From positions 36,208,001 through 36,272,000 of the forward strand of contig OX597814.1 in assembly GCA_951406725.2 (NCBI GenBank): a stretch of 64,000 nt of DNA, in the 5' to 3' direction. Shown here piece after piece: positions 53,222-64,000 of this stretch. Each line of letters starts with the position of its first letter. Position 1 is the first letter of the stretch. Made by a program: the position numbers and the translations under genes. The DNA comes from Octopus vulgaris (lineage: Eukaryota). Under the pieces are notes generated by a model. That model searched no databases, had not been told where the DNA came from, and saw only the letters and a program-made list of their open reading frames with translations.

Positions 53222-53297
53222 TGTGCATACATACATGCACACACTGAAACCATATACAGTTACATAACCTGATAACATGCAAATAACAACAGCAACA

Positions 53298-53373
<76 letters not shown>

Positions 53374-53465
53374 TAATAATGATTTCTTTTGTTTGCTACC
53401 AGGGTGTAGGATGAGGGGAATAGTGCAAACAGAGACTTGATAATATCTATCTATCTAATTGTCTA

Positions 53466-53556
<91 letters not shown>

Positions 53557-53932
53557 GCCTGTCTATCTTATTTATAGGTACAAATATATTTAGAATAATC
53601 ACAAGCTACTATATTGCATGAAAGGGACACAATGGTTTTTCTTTTTTTCCTTAGGATGTTCTAAATATACTATTGTAACTTAAGAAGATGAAATTAAGAT
53701 AAGCTTGTTATTTTACAGGTAGTATCAGTCCTAAGCTATGCAATAACGAATATAAATGAATATCAAGTTGAAGCCTTATACTTTGACAATCAATAAAGAA
53801 TATAAATTCAGGCATGTAATGGAAATGACAGAAAGAAGAATATATCAGAAGAACTGGATAATATAATTTTAATATTAGATCATCTTACTGATATCTAAGA
53901 TTCAATTTATCTTTCTTCTCTTAGGATATACA

Positions 53933-53988
<56 letters not shown>

Positions 53989-55204
53989 CATCATCATCAT
54001 CATCTAGTTTTATAGCTTACAGCTGTCAGGACACAAAGAATCTATGAATACATCCAATTACAACATATCAATTTTGTTAGGCTTTTTTTTTTTTGTTGTT
54101 TGGTATTCTTTACATGGATTTAAAATGCCTGGATGTTTTTTCCTTAGGCAAAGGAATAAATTCCTTTAAAGCTTTACTTTGTTCAATCTTAGAAAGTATT
54201 TGAAACTATTTTGGAAATTGAAGTAAAGAAATGGACATGTTGGTGACTCACTTCAAACCGATGCCTTTGAAAAAGAATCACATTTTGGGGATTGTATATT
54301 CTTGTCCTTGGGCACTGCACATAATTCATTCTTGAGTTACACTTCCTGAAAATTCAACAGAGAAACACAAAAATGCTCCATTCTAAAAGGAAAGGATTAA
54401 GAAGTTTAAGGTTCTAACTCTCACGAAAGACTTAAAGAAGTCAATTTTGACATCTCCTTTAGATTCTCAGATAATCTAAATATACCTGTGGTGATGGTGG
54501 TAGTGGGTGTGGGAGTTATACAATATTCTTTTATTCTTTTACTCTTTTACTCTTTTACTTGTTTCAGTCATTTGACTGCAGCCATGCTGGAGCACCGCCT
54601 GTAGTCGAGCAAATCGACCCCAGGACTTATTCTTTATAAGCCTAGTACATATTCTATCGGTCTCTTTTGCTGAACCGCTAAGTTACGGGGACGTAAACAC
54701 ACCAGCATCAGTTGTCAAGCAATGTTGGGGTGGGGGGACAAACACAGACACACAAACACACACACATATATATACATATATATGACGGGCTTCTTTCAGT
54801 TTCCATCTACCAAATCCACTCACAAGGCTTTGGTTGACCCGAGGGTATAGAAGAAGACACTTGGCCAAGGTACCACTCAGTGGGACTGAACCTGAAACCA
54901 TGTGGTTGGTAAGCAAGCTACTTACCTCACAGCCACTCCTGCACCTATATCTAAGGAGAAAGAGAGTATGATGTAGAATTATGACTAATAGCAGGTAAAT
55001 TATTTTTTCAACCTGCAGCATTTGGTATATCACAATTAATGACATCACCAGCCATGAAGTTCTAGCCTTCTTTAATGTCTCGTCTGATTGACATGTCAAA
55101 TAAGGCTCATGAAAGTGCATGAGACTGATCCATCATCTCAACCTTATGAGTGTTTGCACTAATACTGCAAATGTCTTTGGATAGGGAGTAGAAATCATAT
55201 TTAT

Positions 55205-55750
55205 TCCCTAAAAGCACCATCCGCTCGTGTCCATTGCCAGCCTCGTCTGGCCCCCGTGCCGGTGGCACGTAAAAGCACCATCCATTCGTGTCCATTGCCA
55301 GCCTCGCCTGGCCCCCATGCCTTGGCACGTAAAAGCACCATCCGTTCGTGTCCGTTGCCAGCCTTGCCTGGCCCCCGTGCTGGTGGCACGTAAAAGCACC
55401 ATCCATTCGTGTCCGTTGCCAGCCTCGCCTGGCCCCCGTGCCGGTGGCACGTAAAAGCACCATCCGTTCATGTCTGTTGCTAGCCTCGCCTGGCCTCCGT
55501 GCTGGTGGCACATAAAAGCACCATCCGTTCGTGGCCGTTTGCCAGCTCTGTCTGGCACCTGTGTGGGTGGCACGTAAAAAGCACCCACTACACTCACAGA
55601 GTGGTTGGCGTTAGGAAGGGCATCCAGCCGTAGAAACACTGCCAGATCTGACTGGGCCTGATGCAGCCTTCTGGCTTCACAGACCCCAGTTGAACCGTCC
55701 AACCCATGCTAGCATGGAAAACGGACGCTAAATGATGATGATGATGATGG
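55205..55750 (+). mobile_element. SINE family C with ~6 minisatellite units (same subfamily as 45018)
   Basis: Reverse complement of the 45018 element. Units are B followed by five A. Confidence 0.85.
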
Positions 55751-57311
55751 TGGTGGTAGAGAGTTTGGGTTCTCATGAATACTTATTAAAATATTTTTTG
55801 TATCTAAGGCCAAGTATGGTTTTGTGATAAGAAGCTTGCTTCCTAGTCATATGATTCCTGGTTCAGTCCTACTGCATGACACCTTGGGCAAGTGTCTTCT
55901 ACCATAGCCTCAGGCTGACCAAAGCCTTGTGAGTGGATTTGGTAGATAGAAACTGAAAGAAGCCTGTTGTATATTCATACATATATATATATCTATGTAT
56001 GCATGTGTGTGTGTGACTTTGTGTCTGTGTTTGTCTTCCACCACCACTTGACAACTGATGTTGGCGTGTTTGTGTCCCATAACTTAGCAGTTCAGTAAAA
56101 GGGGCCATTAGAATAAGTACCAGGTTTATAAAATAAGTACTGTGTTGAATTCATTCAACTAAAAATTCTTCAAAGATATGCCCCAGCATGACCACAGTCT
56201 CACAATTGAAGCATGTAAAAGATAAAACATATATTGGTATTGGGCCTTAAATTTACAAGGGAAAGATAGTGTTGATTGACTCACTGTGTCCCTTTGTACA
56301 AACTTCACTCCTATTTTATCAACTGTGGAGGTATAAAAAGTGAAGCCATGACCATGTGAAGCTTGAAAGAATAGCACAATCAAGGAAGATTAATATAAAG
56401 TATTTAGTATAAGCATAGGACTGGCTGTGTGGTAAGTAGCTTGCTTACCAACCACATGGTTCTGTCTTCAGTCCCACTGCGTAGCACCTTGGGCAAGTGT
56501 CTTCTACTAAAACCTTGGGCCGACCAAAGCCTTGTAAGTGGATTTGGTAGACGGAAACTGAAAGAAGTCCGTCGTATATATGTATATTTATATATATGTA
56601 TGTGTGTTTCTGTGTTTGTGTGTTTGTGTTTGTCCCCCCCAACATCGCCTGACAACCGATGCTGGTGTGTTTACGTCCCCGTAACTTAGCGGTTCGGCAA
56701 AAGAGACCGATAGAATAAGTTCAAGGCTTACAAAGAATAAGTCCTGGGGTCGATTTACTCGACGAAAGGGCGGTGCTCCAGCATGGCCACAGTTAAATGA
56801 CTGAAACAAGTAAAGGAGTAAAAGAATTCAGTGATCTGCTTCCTCTTCACCACTGTGTGCATTTAAGTTAAAATAGAAAAATGAAATGAAATGAAATTGT
56901 GTTTATACATGCTAAGATATAATATAACTAAAATATAGGCAATAAAACAACTTTAGTCAAATTGTACATCTGTCAGTTGATAAAGTTCAAGTAAATCAAC
57001 TTATGCTGAAAATGTTAGTATTAGTGTAATAGTTTAATTATGTATATCTATAAAGCATTTCATTGAATTAATTCTATATCATTGTATCTATTTACTTTTA
57101 TTCTGAATACTTTCACTAATAGAGTGTGCATTGCTCTGATTGCATCAGTTCTGAATAAAATAAGAGCTAACAAGGATGAAATTGTAATTCTTCAGATAAA
57201 TTTTGTTCCCTTTAGCAATCACAATTCTAAACTATTTAGAACAAGGTTTTGCATACAGTATGTTATGTACATTTTCTATAATTAGCCTTCTCTTTTCAGT
57301 TATAGCTAAAT

Positions 57312-57358
<47 letters not shown>

Positions 57359-57659
57359 AACCACATTCAAGTAGGTGAGTAAGTTATACACACATTGTCT
57401 TCTCATCAACATCTATGAATTTGGTGAATGTATAAATGTGTAAATGAAAGTCTTGAACTGTCGTGGTTGACACATTTATAACTCTGTATAACACAAGAAA
57501 TGAAAACATATGAAAATTATTTCACACGCTACATATTCAGCTAGATTTCTACCTTTTCATATGAAAATCATATTGCTTGAAGATGCTACACTTTGGGAAA
57601 CAATTTACTAAAATCATCAGAGTCATCTGAATACTAGAAAGTCACTTCTGTTCTAGTAT

Positions 57660-58830
57660 GGTTCCTATGGGGTCCAAAAAAAAAAGTGGTCCCACTGTTT
57701 GATGTATGTATGGGGAAATTACTTTCGAGTCAATGTCGATGATCTTGTTGGGATACTCTAACTGGTCCCCACCCCCACTCAGTTTAACCCCGGCAATCTC
57801 ATGCCATATGAATGGCCTCATTATTGATCAACAATCAAATAAACATCTTTAAAGAATTCTGCCCATGTATAACTGTTGCCATCAACTTAACCAGGGCCAA
57901 CTTCCTGGATGTCACTCTGGACCCAAACAGAAATGATAATCAGAAAGCTTTTTACATCTGTAGGAACCCCAGCCACCCCCAGCTGTAATAAGAAACTTAA
58001 TCACAAGATTTAACAAAAGAACCTCCAAATTATCAGCAGAAAGGGATATCTTCAACACAGCCACATCCCTTTGTAATGAAACACTAATATTGAGTGCCTT
58101 TACTAATGAGTCAGTATAAAGGGAGTACAACTCACTCTCAAACTCAAATAGAGTTAGAAGGAAAAAAGTAATCTAGGTCACTCTTCCAATTAATCCAGAT
58201 GTATTCTCTAATATAGCTAGAAGTTTCTTGTCCCTAATTAGTATTTTCTATGCATTTTTATGTAACAGAAACTCTTTGATGCACATAGCATTAAGGTTAG
58301 CTATTCATAGTTAGAAAATACCAATTCCAACATTGCACACAATAACAAAGAAATATGCATTCATACTGACTCTATCCTATGTCTCAAACAATAACTACCA
58401 AAATCCCATCAACTACCCACTGTGAGGATTCTGCTTCTCAAAGGCTGTAGTCAATAGAGCTACCCATGCACAATCTAATATCATCCAGAAATACCTTACT
58501 GACATAGCAGTCAATGATTTCAAGGGATGGTTTTTGCAACATGTATCCTCGTTCAGGTGAAGGGAAAATTCTACTTCCCTGTCATGAGTCTGGGATCAAG
58601 GGGTTCCCAACATTACATGGAGTATCTTTGAAAGAACCCCCTCCATCTGATTTGGAATTAGTAGTTACTATATCTGCACCATGCAAAAATGTATATACTG
58701 CAGCAGCCTGCATTATCTATCAACAAGAAAACTGATATACCTTATTGTTTTCACTAAAGATACAGCCTGTTCATGACTTCAAACCATTAGCCACAAATAT
58801 CCAAGAAAGACTACCTTAGACCTAGCAGTC
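57660..58830 (+). mobile_element. Heavily decayed Naiad-type PLE
   Basis: Motifs seen: LFDVCMG, DDLVG, ANFLDVTLD, KRTSKLS, RVRRKKVI, IAHNN, ICTM. Confidence 0.7.
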
Positions 58831-58976
58831 AAGAACAATTGCAGCGTAAACAATTCTTGCTTACCCAAAGTGCTATTATTTCTCTTTTGTATAACATCAA
58901 CATGGCCTACTACAACCAGGTAAACATCCACCTCACAGCTATACACAAGATATAAACTAATACGTAACCTAATACC

Positions 58977-59148
58977 TATTTCTTTACTACCCACAAGGAG
59001 TTAAATACAGAGGGGATGAACAAGGACAAACGGATTAAGTCGATTATATCGACTCCAGTGCGTAACTGGTACTTATTTAATCGACGCTGAAAGGATGAAA
59101 GGCAAAGTCGACCTCGACGGAATTTGAACTCAGTAGCAGACAAAAACA
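58977..59148 (-). mobile_element. SINE family D with 12-bp TSD taacctaatacc
   Basis: Meta-domain-like core. TSD at 58965-58976 and 59149-59160. Confidence 0.8.
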
Positions 59149-59369
59149 TAACCTAATACCATTAGACTTGTTACCTTACCACATGAAACATGTTTTTCTT
59201 ATTATTAGTATTTGGTGTCACTTACACTGCCAAGTTCCCAAACCCTGTAGGTTGGTGACTACATAATGCCACTAAACACTCTACCATCTGGAAGCATATA
59301 TGAATTTATCTAGTGTTACTATTTTACAACCTACACTTTTGCCATCATAAGGGGAAGGTCAGCAGTGAT

Positions 59370-59920
59370 AATAACAATGAATTTAGTGTACAAGTTCAAG
59401 TACACCAACTATCAATTCTCTACCTTTTTTGTTTATCATAGTCCTACAGGCTGTAACAAAGGGATTTAAGAATGGCTACCTTGGCAGCTCCTCTCCTCTG
59501 ATGACTGTCAGATATGCAGGTATTATAAGCAATATAAAATATATACAGAGAATAGACTTCCTCAAATGTCCAGGGAAATCCTTAGAAGTAGTTGATAGCT
59601 TCTGTTACCTAGGTGATGAAGTTAGCTGTGGAGGAAGAAGTTCTGAAAGCATTGATGCAAGAATAAGAACAGGCCAGGCAAAGTTCAGAGAGCAATTCCT
59701 TTGTTGGTAACAAACCCTAAGAGTGATGGGCAGACTGTATGATGTCTGTGAACATACAGCTATGCTACATGGCAGTGAAACATGCTGTGACTACAGAGGA
59801 ATATAAAAAGGCTTGGCAGGAGTGAATCTAGTGTCCATGTAGAGCAGAGTGTAAATGACTTAAGAGTAATAGTGGGTACAAGAGGCACCAATTGTAGTGT
59901 GTTAGACAGAGACTGTACTG
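59370..59920 (+). mobile_element. RTE LINE RT fragment
   Basis: Reads LFIIVLQAVT..KCPGKSLEVVDSFCYLGDEVSCGG..IDARIRTG.AKFRE..LHGSET. Confidence 0.75.
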
Positions 59921-59943
59921 TTATTTTTGGGTACCCTCTCGTA

Positions 59944-59990
<47 letters not shown>

Positions 59991-60098
59991 ATATATATAT
60001 ATTTATGGTATATATATATACCCTATAATAATAATAAATATTAGGGAATAAATCCAAATTTACAGGGAAAAAATCAGATTTAGGATTAAATCCAATTT

Positions 60099-60202
<104 letters not shown>

Positions 60203-60932
60203 TGTGTGGTAAGTAGCTTGCTAACCAACCACATGGTTCCGGGTTCAGTCCCACTGCGTGGCATCTTGGGCAAGTGTCTTCTGCTATAGCCCCGGGCTGA
60301 CCAATGCCTTGTGAGTGGATTTGGTAGACGGAAACTGAAAGAAGCCCGTCGTATATATGTATATATATATGTATGTGTGTGTGTCTGTGTTTGTCCCCCT
60401 AGCATTGCTTGACAACCGATGCTGATGTGTTTACGTCCCCATCACTTAGCGGTTCGGCAAAAGAGACCGATAGAATAAGTACTGGGCTTACAAAGAATAA
60501 GTCCTGGGGTTGATTTGCTTGACTAAAGGTGGTGCTCCAGCATGGCTGCAGTCAAATGACTGAAACAAGTAAAAGAGTAAAAGAATATATATAAATGTAT
60601 GTATGTATGTATGTATGTATGTATGTATGTATGTATGTATGTATGTATGTATAGAGAGAGACACACACACACATATACACATAAGTCAGGGAGGAGGATG
60701 AAGTTAACAATATAGCATAAGTTTGATATCAATTATAATTGTTCCAGTATGATTCCACTTCAGACCACATTACATATAAACAATTATGTATGATAAATTA
60801 CAGAACCTCTGTACACATTTACCAATGATTGAATTGCATGAAGCAGCACCTCATCAGATGGGTACCAAACTTTGATATTATACATTGTATATGTATATGT
60901 GAATATATATGTGTATGTGTATATATATGTAT

Positions 60933-61000
<68 letters not shown>

Positions 61001-61179
61001 GTAAATATATATGTATATGTATATTTATATCTATATATATATGTGTATATATATATGTATATATGTGTGTGTGTATATATATATATGTATGTGTTTATAT
61101 ATATATGTGTGTATATATATATATATGCATATATGTATATATGTATATATGTATATATATATATATATGCATATATGTA

Positions 61180-61239
<60 letters not shown>

Positions 61240-63000
61240 CATATGTTGTCTGGTAACTTTGTAGAGAACAGAATACTTGAGGTGGTCGTTCGTGATAGTC
61301 TTCTTTGTTTTCCATTTTTCTAGCATTTTCTTCATCTCTTCTGAAATTCTTCCACCAGTCTCTCACTGGCTTGCAGTTTTTGCTTTCCATATGCAGCTTT
61401 TAAATTTTTCAATATTCTGGACCAGGAAATTGTAGTTTTCATTGTTCAAGTTCATTCCAGATTTCCTTCTTAATAACTTCCTGTAACTGTTTTCACACCA
61501 AGGGGCATGATCTGCTGGTTTTTCATTGAGATATACAGAGCCTTTTGATCTTGATTTCATCGATCACAATCTTTGCCCAGAACAAGTGATGATCATTGCC
61601 TGTATTGAATGACATTACCAATGAGATGTCCTGCAATATGCACCAGGATGTAGTCAATTTCATCCTTGAGCTGAGTGTTTGGAACTATCCAGGTCTCTCT
61701 CTTTCCAAGTTGCTTCCTGTATAGGCTGTTCCCCAATGTAGAGTCTTCTTATTTCTGTGATGGTAACCAAACATTCTCCTCTTTTGTTTTTTTTTCTTCT
61801 GATTCAAACTTACCAACATATTTCTCCCCTTATCCTTTTTTTCTAAGCTTTGTGTTGTAATCTCCCATAACTATGGTGAGCTAACACTTTCTCTAGTGCT
61901 TGGTAGAATTCTTAATTGTTCCACTTCATCATCATCACTTGCCAAAGACCTGCAGTTGTAGATACTTATGGTGAGGATATTTATCTGATTCATTGGTGGC
62001 CTATTGGTAGCTGTGATACTTAGCAGCTTCTGGTCACTGAGATTTTACTCTGCCACCATAGAGCAGTCTGGTTGATTCCTGTGATGGTAACCAAACATTT
62101 TCTCCTGGCTTTTTTTGAGAAACGATTGTTTAGCACTTCTGATTCAAACAATTACCAACATAATTTTTGAAGCCTATTCTTTGCTTACAATGAGCCCTGT
62201 ATCACCTGTTGCTCTCGCAGTCTGCTTTTCCCAGTCTCACAACACTTCCATCTGTCCATCTCACATTTATTTCCTTCCTTTGACTTGTTTCACTGAGCCC
62301 TAGAGCATCTCATTTAATTTGCTTTTTCTCTTCCATTAAATGGGTCATTCTTGTTCTCCCTGCCAAAGACCTGCAGTTGTAGATACTTATGGTGAGGGTA
62401 TTTATCTGATTCTTTGGTGGCCTATTGGTAGCTGTGATGTGGAGGCACAATGGCCCAGTGGTTAGGGCAGTGGACTCGCGGTCATACGATCGCAGTTTTG
62501 ATTCCCAGACCGGGCGTTGTGAGTGTTTATTGAGCGAAAACACCTAAAAGCTCCACGAGGCTCCAGCAGGGGATGGTGGTGATCCCTGCTGTACTCTTTC
62601 ACCACAACTTTCTCTCACTCTTACTTCCTGTTACTGTTGTACCTATATTTCAAAGGGCCGGTCTTGTTACTCTCTGTGTCACGCTGAATATCCCCGAGAG
62701 CTACGTTAAGGGTGCACGTGTCTGTGGAGGGCTCAGCCACTTACACGTTAATTTCACAAGCAGGCTGTTCCGTTGATTCGGATCAACCGGAACCTTCATC
62801 GTCGTAACCGATGGAGTGCTTCCATGGCCTATTGGTAGCTATGATACTTAGCAGCTTCTGGTCACTGAGATTTTACTCTGCCACCATAGAGCAGTCTGGT
62901 TGATCTGTAAGATACTGAGACCCATTTTCTTGCCTTGTTTTAGCTTTTAAGATGAAGCCACTTTGCTGGCTAGGTGGGCAGATCATTTATCATCTCTTCA
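61240..63000 (-). mobile_element. LINE (RTE-like) AP-endonuclease region with internal duplications and a SINE insertion
   Basis: INTLTISIYNCRSLA appears twice; IVMGDYNTKL and EIDYIL are also present. 61939-62075 is duplicated at 62340-62438 plus 62846-62905. Confidence 0.65.
62439..62824 (+). mobile_element. tRNA-derived SINE, full length, 21-bp TSD
   Basis: TSD tggcctattggtagct(g/a)tgat at 62418-62438 and 62825-62845. A and B boxes present. Confidence 0.85.
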
Positions 63001-63149
63001 GTTTATGTAGCTTCAAACTCTAGTGAAAGATTACATGCTAGCTTCTATAAGGTAGTCTTTCCCTAGGGTTAGTCATCCAGTATCTCTGTAGCTTGGTTGG
63101 ACCTGCCAGAGCATATGCCCTTCTACCACATCTACTGAACAACCATTGC

Positions 63150-64000
63150 TACAATTGCATAATATTAACACCAGATAATTCTATCTACAAGAAAAATCGT
63201 TTATCAAATACTTTTTTCAAAACTAGATACCAAAAACCGTACAAAGAAGACAGGAACATTAAATGCATGTTCCATATCTCCCAGGTAAAGTCATTTATTG
63301 CTTGATCAGAGTTTTTTTCCGTCATTTGATCTGTGTTTTACACACTAAAAGACAATAAATTCCAAAACCTCAAAATCACAAGTAGTTACCTAAGGTCTGA
63401 AAAAATTTCTGCTTTTCCTGACATTTTCAACTGTTCTGTTATTGTTGATAAAATACACATGGCTAATATTTTTAGGATACCTACAAGGAGAACACTCAGA
63501 AACTTTCTCACAATCAATAAATGCTGTGTCAACATTTTTCCCCTTTCTCCTTCAGTTTTCAGTTATAGACTCGTTGATCAATAACTATTTTATGGATTCA
63601 TATAATGAACCCTTGCAAAACAGAAGGTTTTTCTTCATCAGAGGATATTTTGTTGATAGGGTTTTGTACATTGTTAAAACTGAGGTGCTGGGGGTTAGTA
63701 TTTCTTCACTATTGAGTATTAAGATAATTTTATTTTGTTCCCTGAAGAGCCATTTGGATATTGTGTCGAATGATAGTGAATACTGTTTGGTACCACCTGA
63801 AGTTTGTGACTTTGCAGTTTTGAAATACTTTGTATTTAGTAGTATTTACATCAGTTCTTTTATTTATAATTGCCAAAATTGTTTCAATATGATTTTCATT
63901 GATTAGTCAGAAGAGGAAGGGCAATGTTCATGGTGTTATTGCCAGACCTATATTGGAGGTAGAATATGAGGAAGAAACCTGATGTCATGACTTTCTGCAA
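63150..64000 (-). mobile_element. Possible very old LINE RT remnant
   Basis: Only faint motifs in broken frames (QGS, a T..ALP-like stretch, and a D..TW-like stretch). Confidence 0.2.

Overview
This is AT-rich eukaryotic DNA, very rich in microsatellites ((TA)n, (CA)n, (GATA)n, (TACA)n, (GAT)n, (GAA)n, (AAT)n). The SINE and microsatellite make-up strongly suggests an octopus or other cephalopod genome (inference). Nearly all listed ORFs are translations of microsatellites or SINEs. The recognisable content is mobile-element debris. It includes several Penelope-like elements (PLEs; three decayed RT+GIY-YIG copies of Naiad type, plus fragments), a near-complete Tc1, mariner/TA-flanked MITEs, a piggyBac-type MITE nested in a Gypsy gag remnant, and non-autonomous Helitrons. 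It also includes RTE and RLE-type LINE fragments and at least four SINE families. The only host-gene candidate is three small phase-compatible exons at 10.1-11.2 kb. The most interesting signal is a set of unrelated type I hammerhead ribozyme (HHR) motifs in non-coding elements, most of them in or beside (TA)n tracts. One looks intact (1843-1907) and lies in a 502-bp tandem unit fused to a spacer-less ~526-bp palindrome whose axis falls on a ribozyme copy. This resembles a retrozyme-like or PLE pseudo-LTR system. All coordinates and alignments were read by eye.
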